Shown here piece by piece: positions 12,448 through 24,220 of a stretch of 64,000 nt of DNA (the stretch's first letter is position 1; each line of letters starts with the position of its first letter). Source of the stretch: Camelus ferus (Eukaryota); the NCBI RefSeq assembly GCF_009834535.1, contig NC_045697.1:31560001-31624000 (forward strand). The letters run 5' to 3'. The notes beneath the pieces are model-generated. The model did not search any database. It was not told the DNA's origin and saw only the letters and a list, made by a program, of their open reading frames with translations. The position numbers were made by a program, and so were the translations under genes.

Positions 12448-12957
12448 CTTTTTATCTTCTCTACTCTCCAAAAGTATTTTAATATTATCTCCAAAATCTA
12501 ATGCTAAGTTTGGACAGAAACTCGAAGTGCGCTACTGCATTGAAGGCTTTTTGTTTTAAATGTTTGATGTGCTTACTGGTGTTGCATGTTTCATCCTACC
12601 GGATCAGAGAGTGAACACTGAGAAGCAAACAGAATTCAGACTATGCAAAATGACTGACCTAGTTTACAAGAGCAGTAGGATCTTCGGTGAACGTTACTTG
12701 GATTCTGAAAGGGCTTTCTCTTGCACTTGAGCTCATCCCTCTTATCAGCGAGGAGTAGTAGCTTCTCTGGGTACAGATGGAGACTTCTACCTGAGCACAG
12801 CTGCTGCCAAGGAAGTCCTGCAGAGAATACATTTCAAACCTAGGACTCAGCAAGAGATTACCAAGGACCGGAGAACACAGTTTGGAGTACTTGGTTCAGG
12901 GTGCATGTTGGTGAATTACAAGAGTACAGGAGAGCAGTGCTGCTTGTTTACTTCAAC

Positions 12958-13200
12958 ACCATCAAGCAAATACATTTAGTTATTAGCACCTCCTGATGTT
13001 AAGAAGTCAAATGGAACAAAGCCAAAACAGATAAAATCAGAGCAATTAAATGATCCTTTATGATTAGGTTTCCAAATAGGATGAGAAGAACTATATTTAA
13101 AGGTATTTCTGAAAAACAGCTTTAGACTGAGTTTCTAAGGAATGGTGAAAAAGTACTGACACAAGGGAAGTTTGATAGGAGTCTTCAAGTAACTAATAAT
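12958..13200 (-). mobile_element. L2 fragment (degraded)
   Basis: 'atcaagcaaatacatttagttattagcacctcctgatgt' and downstream 'ctttagactgagtttctaaggaatg' resemble a reverse L2 3' end. Confidence 0.45.
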
Positions 13201-13939
13201 AATAACGTAGAAGAAACATATAGCCAATAATTGGAGACATTATGAAATGATGCGTCCCATGAGGAAAGTCAATTATTACAAAGTACAGTAAAATACAAGA
13301 TACATTTGAAGATACTCATATGTAAAGGAAATCCTCAAAACCTCCTCTTGGTCTTTTTCCCCCTCCTTTTTTAAGTGTACAGATTCTTAATAAACAGGTA
13401 CCCATACATCGAATGAAGAGATATGGGAAAAATAATACATTTCACGCATTCACACACACACACATACACACATGAGCCAAGTTTCTGATTGGCCTGGATA
13501 AATCTCCAGCACAGTAGATGTGCTAATAATTCCTTCCCACTGGCTTCAGACAGCTGTTAAGAGCTGCTATAAATCCTTATTCTCAGGCATAAAAGCTAAT
13601 TACTATCATAGGGTAGAAATCAATTTTCCTCTTCCCTCTGTGCCACAGGAGGTTATTATACAATTAGCTACATAAAGGAGATGTCATGCTTTATCTCAAA
13701 GCATTTATTCTTGTCCACTGTGAGAAGGAGCCACAATTTTATTGGTCAGTTGTTCTGTGGTGATTCTCTTATTCACAACTTTACACATTAGCTATGCATT
13801 GATGCAGTAAATGTGATTGGAAGGTAGGTCCTGGGAGATTTAAAAAAAAGAATTACATAAATAAAGATACCAAACATTACGAGTAGGTGCTTCCAAGAGT
13901 GCATGGTGCATGCCTGGAAGAGTTCTGACATGAGATTCT

Positions 13940-15205
13940 ACTTAGAGCTTTTTGACTCTGTGGCTCAATGTCTGATGTCAGTGTTGGAAAATTCAAAGAC
14001 TGTATCTGTCTAAATGTTGCTTCTGCTTAATTCTCATTCTTTGCTTCTTTTTGGACTTTGAATAAAATATGTTAGATCTTTTATTAAGTTGCATGTATCT
14101 ATTACACTCTTTTCTGTATTTTTTTCTTTTTTTATTTCATGCTTCACTTTGGATATTTTCTATGGTCCTATCTTTCAGTTCAGTAATCTTCTCTTCTGCT
14201 CTGTTTAATCAACAGTTAAAGTCATCTCTTAATTTCTTGATCTTAACCATTGCACTTTTTAGTTCTAGAATTACCCTTTAAGCCTATATACAGATTCTAT
14301 TACTCTGATGAAATGTGCAATATTGTCTTTATTTTCTTGAACTATAAATTGGAATGATTTTCATGTCTGAAAGTCCCTGTATCTCGATTACAAGGTTTTT
14401 TTTAATTGTCTATTTTTTCACCTTTCTTTTTGATCATGTCTCCAGGCATGCCTTGGTGATTTTAAATCATTGTGTGGAAAAGCATTGTAGAAACTCCAGA
14501 TGATGTAATTTTCCCCCAGAGAGAATTTTTTTTGGAAAGTCAATCAAGTAGGGCCAGATTATCTTGCACCATTCTGAAAGTAAATGATTTGAAATAGGGT
14601 TTTAAATTATTGAGGTCTGATCTATTTCCAGTTTGCTTTTACTCCTAGCATATTTTTCAGAGGTTGCAATTGAAAGCCTGGGGTACTTACTAGAGCTCTG
14701 TGTCCTTGGTTGCACTGAACTCACAATTTTATCTCCTTGGCAAGGCAAGATTGCCAGGAGCTCCCCTTAGCTTTTGGCTTTTCTGTTTTCCTCTCTGCTT
14801 GGCTTCTTGACCTCTCCTTTCATTCATCTTCAAATCTTCAAGTGTAATAAGGAGAAAAGTAGAGCAGAATGCATGAGTTCCCTAATTCCTAGTTACATTA
14901 GTAGACCAGAACTCCAGTTTTTGTCTTCTAGTCCTGGGAGGCTGTCCCACATCCTGAGCCACTGCTTTCAGCTCCACTTCTGGGCTCTGCATCACCAAAG
15001 AATTAGCAAATGCCCTGTCCAGCTAATTTTAAGACACTTCTGTCCTTTTGGAATCTGGCCACTCAAGTCTTGACTAAGTTATTTTCTGATGGCTTCAATC
15101 AATGCTTTTGTTGTTTTGTTTTTGTATTTCATATGTCATTTATAGTTGCTGCTTTCAAAGGGAGTTTGGTCTGGTAAAATACAATCTGTCATAGTCAGAA
15201 ATGGA
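13940..15205 (-). mobile_element. Ancient L1 (L1ME-class) 5'UTR/ORF1 region
   Basis: T-rich antisense L1 ORF1 signature ('gttggaaaattc...aatgttgcttctgc', 'ctatctttcagttcagtaatcttctcttctgctctgtttaatc', 'tttttagttctagaatt') followed by L1ME 5'-end-like sequence. Confidence 0.75.
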
Positions 15206-16344
15206 GGTTGTATCAACCTCTCTTTAAAAGGTCCTAAATGAGAGTTTTAATTAAGGAGAGGTATAAAGAGGAACATTCAAAATCCAAGGGGTATGAGATA
15301 TGAAAAGATGGACAAGGGATTCTGGGAAAAAAGAGGTAAGAGAGGAAGAATGACTTTAAAATGTTTTACAAACAAATTGAGATTTTCAAAATGTTTACTT
15401 TGGAAAAAAACCCACAATTCAAAACATAAATAGGTGTAAGATGTTTGGCAATCCAGTCAAGTAAAGTGGATTGATTTTTATCTGTAAATTGTTATTGACT
15501 GTGAAAATCAGCTGGCTTCTGTTGTTAGAAATCAGAACGTAGGGTATTCGACTGAATAAACATGTTGCCTAGTAAACTTTCATGGTGCTGAATTGCATTC
15601 AACTGGTGAATAGTTTAATGATTTTTCTCCCAAAGATGTGAACATGTGAGTGTGTCTCAAATGGTCTGTTTTACTCAGTTGAATTTGTAGGCAGAGAGCT
15701 TACATGCCTCACAAAAGGATAAGAGAAGCCATAAAAGTGATGAGGCAAAACAAATATTCAAATGGCAAAAGTGATCTAATTTATCTGTGAACATTTTACT
15801 GAAATTAATTCTTAAATGATTGATCATATTTTGTGACAGCAACCGTAACTTCCTCTATGCATGAGTTAGACTCATTCATTGTGGGAATTATAAAGATGAT
15901 CAATGACTTGGCTTTCTGACAAGTCAAATCACAAAGGCGTTAAAATTCATTGTGCCATTCATGAAATATCTACCCATGAACACATCAGGCATCTGGAATT
16001 GTCAGGTATAATTCACATATTGATTTTAATATAACTCTCTGAACACTGTCAACCAGTACTTATTAAGTGCCCTCGATTATGGGACCAATTAGTAATATGA
16101 ACATGTGGAAAATGTACAAATCTGTCAGGGAGGATGTCTTCCACTGTTGGAAGGAAAGATAGTGATGTATACAGAAGTGTTTGCTGAGCAAAACTGACTG
16201 AACATATAAAATGTCTGTAGCATTTGTTAGGGGCTGAGATCACAGAGACACTAATAAACCACTGAACCTTTCTCTCCAGAAGAGTATAATATAATGGGAC
16301 AGTTGATATATTTATCCAAACCAACACAAAAGAAGGATGTGTTA

Positions 16345-17620
16345 AGTGCTATTCACTTATTCCCTCAACAAATCATTTTTGAGCAATTTTAAGAACTAGG
16401 TTTAAGAGTGAAATTTGAAACACTAAATTTGGATAATTTATAAGTATGAAATACGGTAATTACTATGATAGACATTTGCAAAGTTTGTCATAAAATTTGT
16501 GAAGAAAGACATTGGAAACAAATGTGGATACAGAAGAGGTTTCTCTGTGGGAAGAAATGCTACCTCAATTAGGTGACAGAATTTAGGTGATGGGATTCTC
16601 CAGGTGAAGAAAAGAGCTAACAGAGACTACGGTGAATTTGGACTCAGCCAGTTTAGTTCAACAGGAGCTAAATTTTCCTGAATCACCTTCCTGATATTGT
16701 TAGGACTGGACAAAAGAGATTCAAGTGAGATTTGAAAGGTGCAAGTGAAGCAGTAGCTATTACCTACAAAGATGAATGTTGGGTCTCCCCGACCCCCCGG
16801 GCTTGGCACCCTCTTGGTGATGTGCTGGCTTCTTTACCTGTGTGCTCATCATCCGCAGCTTCTCCACCTGCTATTGGATCTCTTCCCTCAGCTTCACCAG
16901 GTCCTGGGCTAGATATGCACAGCTCCGGGCTGACAGACGTCTACTTCTTCAGCAGATTGCCTATCTCACTAGAGTTCTGAGGATACCAGTTTATGCTTAA
17001 GGGTTCCCATTTATCTTTAATTCTTTTCCCCTTGTTTCACTTAGAGCTTTTCTCCTAACTACTGACCGAGATAACTTCAGACCCACCACCAAGTACATAA
17101 ACAATTCATCCCACAGACTTCTTCACCAGTTTTCCTTCCTGGTTCCGGGTTAGTGACTTTTCTCCAATGCTCTAGTCATCTACTTTTGGAACTTTACTTC
17201 ACCAACTTTCCCCACAATTTTCTAAAGCCTAATCCTTATAATAAATACATTATTTCATATAATTCATAGTTATTCTGGTTCTCTGATTGACTCCTAACCA
17301 ACACTTATAGTAATAAAGGTTTGAAAATAGCCCATCAGTCAACTATAAATAGATGATCTGGCAGGAAAAAGGATGCATGTGGGGAGTATCAGGAAATAAA
17401 GCCAGAAAGGGACCCCTATTAGTAGGATGCAAGTTTAAGTTCCTGTTTTCTAAAAATCTCACTTGCTGCTTGTGAAAATGGATTGCAGTGGCTAAATCTA
17501 AAATAGAAGAAACAAGTAAACTAGACTACATATTTGATAAGATAATGCTAAAAATCAGTACACAGGTAATGGGAGTAGAGAGAAAGTGAGAGATCAGAGA
17601 TGTGTACAAGTGAATATTAA
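16345..17620 (-). mobile_element. L2 LINE, split by the ERVL LTR at about 16628-17303
   Basis: Reverse L2 tail 'attcacttattccctcaacaaatcatttttgagca' at the left; purine-rich L2 body resumes after 17305 ('aatctcacttgctgcttgtgaaaatggattgcag...gtaatgggagtagagagaaagtg'). Confidence 0.65.
16628..17303 (+). mobile_element. ERVL solo LTR (LTR41/LTR52-like)
   Basis: 'caaaagagattcaagtgagatttgaaaggtgcaagtgaagcagtagc', AATAAA near 17241, and the ERVL-type end 'ttctggttctctgattgactcctaaccaaca'. GC-richer than its flanks. Confidence 0.75.
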
Positions 17621-17674
17621 TAAGTGTTTTTAAAAATGTTTGTGCTCCTTCCTGTCATTAGCCTTCACACTAAC

Positions 17675-17920
17675 AAAGATTTTCCAACTTGGGTCCTAAG
17701 CTCTGTTTTTTAAACTGCCTATAAATGATAATGCTTTAAAAACTTGTATATGTGTACTTTAAGAATAAAGATGCATAGAATAGAAAATTTCAGCGTATAT
17801 TACAAAGTTGATGTAAGTATTGATTATAAAGCTGGTTGAGGTTGAGTATGTATGTGTGTGTACACTGAATGAAAATATGTTTTTTAATGAATTGGTCAAG
17901 AACATTTGAAATCCTCCAGT
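17675..17920 (-). mobile_element. Non-autonomous hAT-Charlie element (Charlie4-like)
   Basis: 'atagaatagaaaatttcagcgtatattac...gtaagtattg...tatgtatgtgtgtgtacactg...ggtcaagaacatttgaaa' matches a recalled small Charlie consensus in reverse. Confidence 0.55.
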
Positions 17921-18597
17921 TTATGGGAACACAAATATGGAGTTCTCCTCATGAAGGGGTCCCAAACTTTCATAGTGGGGCATTTGAGAAGGTGGATCTC
18001 AATAAATTATCAAAAGAAAACTTAGAGAAAAGAGCTACAGTGAAATAAATATTGCCACCTTTGTGTTTAAATGAAGATAGAGAACAATTATTGTTAATTT
18101 CCTACTGTCAAGTATTATTTAATTGTTCCTTCTACATTTGGACATTTGTTAACCATTTTGTTTTATTTTATATTAAAATAATACAAACCTTTAAAAATCG
18201 AAAAGATACCATGCTTGTTTCCAAGCCAAACATATATTCCCAAACTCTTCCAAATTTGTAATTATCATATTTTTGCTTTTGGATACATGAATTGAGTAAT
18301 CAACAAAGTCAGAATTATTTATCTATATTCCCATGAGAATTTTTGTCTGTTTCCTTCCCTTTGCTGAGTTAAAAAGCAATCATTTTTGATACAGCTAATG
18401 ACCACTACAGTATCTTCACAAATTATTGTAGTATAATATATATTGAAATGGCAATTAAAAAGAAGTTAAATTATAATAACAAACTACTCAGGTAAGTATC
18501 CTTGCAGTAATCAAGGTCAATAAATACTATCTTCAACAGCAAACACATGTGAATCCATCCATAATGACAGATTGTATTTTTCATAGGAAACAGTATT

Positions 18598-19083
18598 TGT
18601 ACTGAGCATCTTCTGTTTTCCCTTCTTGATTCACTTTTCTACCCTCTCCTCTTGTCTGTGCCCTGTGATAGGTGAAAGGTATGGAATAAATTGAATTAAC
18701 AGGACCCCTTGTTCTCTGGCTCCCAGCTGGGTTTGATAAATGGGTTTGATGAACAGATTTTATGGTGGGGAGGAAAGTGAGGTATATAGCACTGTGTACA
18801 TTTCCCCCAGACTCTATCTTACTGGGTTGGCTTCACTCTTCCACCAAAGACAACAACTTCTGTAGAGAAGATTTCTCCAGTTGCTCCTTCTGGGTTTTGG
18901 AAATGATTTAATTAATGTGTCCATTCTGATGTGGGTTGGTAACGGCTCCCCCTATGCCCAGTGACAAGGTACTGAATCATTCCCAGTTGATTTCCTAAAA
19001 TTCTGTCCACACCTTTTAAACAGTCCCTGAATACAATCTACTCAAACTGTCCAGTTTGGATGTGCTGTTTCCTGACTTATATA
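18598..19083 (+). mobile_element. ERVL solo LTR (LTR33-like)
   Basis: 'cccttgttctctggctcccagctgggtttg', 'gggaggaaagtgagg', 'ttggtaacggctcccc', 'gtccacaccttttaaacagtccct' and 'cagtttggatgtgctgtttcctg'. Confidence 0.8.
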
Positions 19084-19184
19084 GAATTCCAACTTTTCCT
19101 AAATCTACTTCAGGCAAAATGTCAAAAGTTGACACAATTAGACATATTTGGTTAAGGTATCACAGGAAATTAAGAACTGCTATT

Positions 19185-19877
19185 TGTTATTTATTTATTC
19201 ACTAATTCATTCATTCATTTATTCAGATAGAATTTATTGATCACATATTCACAAAGTATGATCATAGACATTGGTGATGAGTTCATTAAAAAGGACAGAT
19301 TTGTCCCTGACCTCAGGGAGTTTACATTCTAACTGAGGAGAAAGACATTAAGTGAATAAATGAGAACATTAAGCATTTAGATACTTTTATGATAATTGTT
19401 AAATAACTGCAAAGTTATAAAAAGCATGTAGAAAGGGGATCTAACAAATTATTGGGAAAAGAGGGAGTGGGAATTTTTGTTGCTGTGTAGTTTTGTTCTG
19501 TTTTCAAATGCTCAGAATGAGGTTCAAAATATAAATTTGAGTTTTTAAGAAAGAATGAAGAGAAAAAGAACGTATCCAGAGTAGAAGAATTAGCCTCTAT
19601 TGAGTCCCTGAAATGATAGAAGCCTGGTATTTTCAAAGAATGGAAAAGTAGGAAATATTAAGGATTGAGGCTTTTATCCTGAAAAGGTGAGAACAATTGA
19701 AAGATTACAGGCTTAGCTTGATCTAACAGCCATGTGTTTAACAGATGACAGACTGCATCTGGGGAAGCAGTTTCGAATGAAGTGGCAGAAGGTGAATAGA
19801 AAATAATCATTTAGAAGTTTGTTTCAGAAATCTACCCAAGAGAAGATCCCAGCATGGATATAAAAAGTAGAATGGAT
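19185..19877 (-). mobile_element. L2 LINE 3' portion (L2a/b-like)
   Basis: (TTCA)n tail 'attcattcattcatttattcag...tttattga', then 'gtccctgacctcagggagtttacattctaactgagg' and 'ggcttttatcctgaaaagg'. Confidence 0.85.
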
Positions 19878-20000
19878 GCAAGGACTGGGTCTTCTGGGAA
19901 CCAGACCCTGAGATGGTACTAGAAATGCAAGAACCTAAGAAAAATAAGGGAAGGGACGAATCAGAATTTGGTAGGGAAAGACTTCAGACCATAATGCCTG
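19878..20000 (-). mobile_element. ERVL-type LTR terminal fragment
   Basis: 'gggtcttctgggaaccagaccctgagatgg...atgcaagaa...gggaaagacttcagaccataatgc' resembles the reverse 3' end of old ERVL LTRs. Confidence 0.55.
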
Positions 20001-20160
20001 TAATGGACATTTTAATGAGTGCCAACCTAGTCCATCGTTTTTAATTTTAGAATTGGTCCTTAACAGTAATCCTATGGAAAACCCATTGCCCAGCTTTCAC
20101 GTGTGTGCCCTGAGGTAGACTGCACTTCCTTCCTTAGTCTCCGTGATTTGTCTCCTTATC
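19999..20160 (+). mobile_element. Possible old MaLR LTR 5' fragment (MLT1K/L-like)
   Basis: Starts 'tgtaatggacatt', then 'ccatc...taacagtaatcc...ggaaaacccattgccc'. Weak similarity only. Confidence 0.35.
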
Positions 20161-20169
20161 TTTCAGCAA

Positions 20170-20640
20170 ACCACTTGCTAGAGTTTGTGTGTATGCGTGT
20201 GTGAGAAATATCTCATATGTACAAAATAAAATATAGAAAGCTTTTATACTTTTTGAGAAAATGGTAAAAGTAGCCTAAATTTTATACCTGTTATTTTCTT
20301 GCTCTTCTTTTTAATGTTCTATACATCTATCTGTAAGCAATCCATTGTTCAGTTTTGCTTTATGTAAATGAAATAAAACTCTATATCCTTTCTTATCAAC
20401 ACTTATTTAAAGATGTTTTAAATTGAAAAATTTTATCCATGTTTATTTAAAAAATTTTGTCCATGTTGAAGTATGACAGAAGTTCATTTACTGCCACAGC
20501 TCCATAGTATTTCATTTAATAAATATACCACAATTTATTAATCTGTCTTTCTGTAGATGGACATATGGGTTTCTCTCCTTTTATATTATAAAGAATACAT
20601 TAAATCAATTGATCCATTTGTAAAGAATTTACATCTTTAT
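20170..20640 (-). mobile_element. L1ME-class 3' end fragment
   Basis: 'tccatgttga...gttcattt...atagtatttcatt...aatataccacaatttattaatc...ctgtagatggacatatgggtt'. Confidence 0.75.
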
Positions 20641-22114
20641 GGTTTTGAGTTTCCTTAATGTCTTTTATTAAAATTTGATGTAGAGATGTCCCCTCCTCCC
20701 TTAACAATATAGAGGCTGGATACTTAATTTATTTCATGTATACATTCATATACATTATGTATTATACTGTCTTCTTAACATCAGTGTCTATTTGTAAGTT
20801 TATCACAGTATCAAACAGATAAGTATCCAGAACCTTTTGGGGAAAAAGAGTTGGAAAATCATCTTAATTAGTGACATATTTTTTATTATTATTAATTGCA
20901 GAAAGAAGTGAGGCACTGTTTTCTCTGCCCCAACCATTTCCATCACTTTTGGCCACCTCTCCTCTAACTGTATGAGATTAGCTTTCTAGTCAAATCAAGC
21001 AGTATTCTTAGGTCACAAAGCAACAACTGAATCTATGCTGCTGTGTTTGTCTGCTTTGATCTGGGCAATTTTCATCCTGGGATAATCTGATCTGTTTATT
21101 TGATTATGTCAGCTTTGGATGGATTTTGCTCCTCAGAGCAGAAATCTCAGAAGCCCCAAACTCAACCAAATTTGCAGCAGTCCATCTCACTAAGAGTGTG
21201 GAGAGAAAGAGAGAGTTCTATATTCATTTTCAGGAAAGGATATTTGTTGGAATAAGCCCACACATCTTTTGCCACATTGACATGTATTAAATTGTAAATC
21301 ATCTTTAATAGATATTAAGCTGTGTGACTCTCCATTTGCATGCAAAAGAAAAGTTCTTTTGTATATGTAAGGCCAAGCTGAATAACTAACAGATGGTTTG
21401 GATAAATAAGTTTTCATTACCTGAAAACTTCCCCTATGAGAAAAAAACAAGGATTTTATCCACATTTTACTTTTATACCATTCACAGCTCTACACTTTCT
21501 CATCTGTGTTATTTTAAGGTTAAATTTGGAAAATAATGTAAATATGAAAAGGGGGCCTGCAAGAGGATTTCCTGGACTATGGTTATTAGAATATTCTCCA
21601 TATAAAATATGACCTGTAACTCTAGGCGTCCTTCTGCTCAGACGGTCTATTTTTTTATGTCAAGGAAGCTTGCTCTGAAGAAATGTTCTTAATGTAAAAA
21701 GTACAATAATTAAAAGCACACTTTTATAGTGGTTATCTTTTTAAATAGACATTTATCCTGTTTTACTGCATGTTTCCAAAAACACATATTACCTGCTCTG
21801 TAAATGTTGATCAGTGAATACTCCATGACATTTCTTAAATTGCGTATGGTTTGGCAGACACTGTTTAAACATTTCTTTTGCTTTGGTTTTGGTTTTGGTT
21901 TTTATTGTTTTAAATCAAGGCTTGACTTTAAGGTGGCAAGGTTAGGAAATAAAGGACCAAAATAGTTCTCTTCTTTGTCTCTTCCTGTGCTAATACTGTG
22001 GTTCCCATGATCTAATAAAGGGACAAGCGAATAAAATAAATAAGGGGGATTAAAAAGTAAAAAAAGAAAAAATCAAGCAAAAAGCAAACCGTATCTAGTT
22101 TTCTGGGTTTCCCA

Positions 22115-23070
22115 CAACAATTTCTCAATGCCATTCCTATATACTAACAATAAATAAATGAATTTGAAATAAAAAACCCAATAACACTTACATTAGAAGC
22201 CAAAAATAAATAAATTCTAGACAGTAATCTTGCAATATTTGTACAAGATTTATATGGGAAACCTATACAGCTCTGATGAACCAAACCAGAGAACTAAATA
22301 AATGGAGAGATGTTCCATGTTCATAGATAGGAAGACCCAATATTATCAAAATGTCAGTTCTTCCCAAATTGATCTATAGATTCAATCTCAATCAAAATTC
22401 CAGGAAGTTATTTTGTGAATATCAAAAAACTGATTCTAAAGTTTATGCAGAGAGGCAAAAGATTCAAAAGAGCCAACACAATACTGAAAAAAAATAAAGT
22501 TGGAGGACTGATACTATCTGACTTCAAGACTTACTATAAAGCTACAGTAATCAAGACAGTGTGAAATTTGTGGGAAAAAAAAAAAGGCCAATAGATCAAT
22601 GGAATAAGATAGAGACCCCCTCAAATAGAGAAACACTAAGTTCATATTCCTAAGTGAAAGAATCCAATCTAAAAAGGCTACGTACCTTATTATTTCAGCT
22701 ATATGACACTCTGAAAAAGCAAAACTATAGAAATAAAAAAAAAAAATCAGTTCTTACCAGGATTGGGAAGTAAGGGAAGGAGGAATAGCTGGAGTACAGA
22801 GGAATTTTAGAGTAATGAAAAGACTATGTGTGATATCATAATGATAGAGATAGGCCATTATACATTTGTTGGCTTGTAAGAGTAAGCCATTATGCAAACT
22901 ACAGACTTTGGGTAATTATGATAAGGTTCATCAGTGGTAACAAATGTGCCACTCTAGTGGGGGATGTTGATAATGGAGGAGGTTAAGCATGTATAGGGGC
23001 AGGGAACATATGGGAAATTTCTATACCTTCCCCTAAATTCTGCTGTGAACCTTAAACTGCTCTAAAAAAC
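22115..23070 (+). mobile_element. L1MC1-like LINE-1, 5'-truncated with an internal deletion near 22630
   Basis: ORF2 DNA ('aaataaatggagagatgttccatgttcatagataggaagac', 'gacttcaagacttactataaagctacagtaatcaagacagtgtg') joins directly to the L1MC1-type 3' end ('gtaacaaatgtgccactctagtgggggatgttgataatgg...tgctgtgaaccttaaactgctctaaaaaa'). Confidence 0.9.
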
Positions 23071-23189
23071 TGTTTTCAGTAAAAACAAGACAAAAAACAA
23101 TAATGGAGAACAAAAAGAGACAGACTCCCTTGTTCTTAATATATTAGATAGAAACTACCCAGAATGAACATAAGTAAGAAGAGTTGTTT

Positions 23190-24220
23190 AAAGTTTGCCA
23201 GGGGCATCCTGGACACAGGTGTAGCCTTTCAATAGACTACAGCATCCTTAATATGCAGAACTGTCCTAGTAGTAGTCGTATTAATGGGGAATACTCTACT
23301 ATATTGACTTAAATGGAATGGGGTGCATAGAGCCCTTATACCTGGGCAAACAGGGACTCTTGTCCCTCAAGAGGCAAGCTTTGGAATCACCTCATTGACT
23401 GGAACTAGCTGGGAGGCACTGTCATGTGGGCAGGATATTCTGAGGTCATACTGAAGTGTGTGTGATATTTGGTCCTCATTTCAGCCCCTTCATGGTGGTG
23501 TTGGCCAATGCCTAAGTTGCTCCAGGACTCACCCCAAAGAGTTGTCCTGTGGCCCCATGGCTGGAACTAGGTTCTAGTTGGATGGCCTGGTGGGTCAAGA
23601 GCTCATCCTGGATATTGTATTTCTTTCATAGAATCACAGACAAGATTGGGCTACCAGATGGTGCTGATACATAGGTTTTGGTGAGACTCAAATTATACAC
23701 AAGATATGCTCAGGCTCTGGACTACTTAGTCCTTTGCCTCATCTTGCACTTGAGTTGCAAATGCGGACCTGAGTTTAAGCACTTGCCCATGTTATAACCA
23801 CAGTACTACCTCCATTTTTAGCACCTTAGGGCAGTGAGTTTGGTGGTGGGCATTGTTTCCCATGTACCCACCATCTTCTCCCCACTTCCTTCCATGATAG
23901 TGGATTCCTCTGTACCAAGCATCAGCCTTCTGGATGAATTTATCTGAGACTGGCTGAACTCATTCTCTGAGGGTTTCCAAAATCATGCACAGTAAGGGAG
24001 GTTTGGTGTGAAGTTTTTAAAACCCCTCAGAAAATATAGGTTCAGCCATTCCCAGAAACCTGACTAATACTTGGTACCAAGCCCATGAAAGTGTTGGGGT
24101 GACTACCCTGGATGCCAGTAGGGGAGGAGTGGTGATGCTCACAAGGTCAAGGATGCCCACTGCTGGTGACTTGGTGTAGCAGACAGGTGTGCAGTCAACA
24201 CCAACAGTTCACATCCTAGT
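23190..24220 (-). mobile_element. Degenerate ERVL/MaLR-like internal sequence
   Basis: A roughly 1-kb block with sharply higher GC than its flanks. The reverse strand near 23585-23720 weakly resembles ERVL pol-region DNA. No long ORF. Confidence 0.45.

Noticed and set aside
12728..12730. In-frame TGA as selenocysteine or read-through
   Set aside because: No SECIS-like element or selenoprotein similarity is seen, and the frame's end runs into an L2 fragment.
18489..18497. Consensus donor CAG|GTAAGT (similar ones near 29929, 32461 and, on the minus strand, 49486)
   Set aside because: Isolated donor matches are expected by chance in 64 kb, and none has a convincing open upstream exon.
20425..20468. 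Short direct duplications (also about 32761-32789 and 41824-41865)
   Set aside because: Ordinary slippage micro-duplications. They are not CRISPR-like: only two units each and no spacer array.
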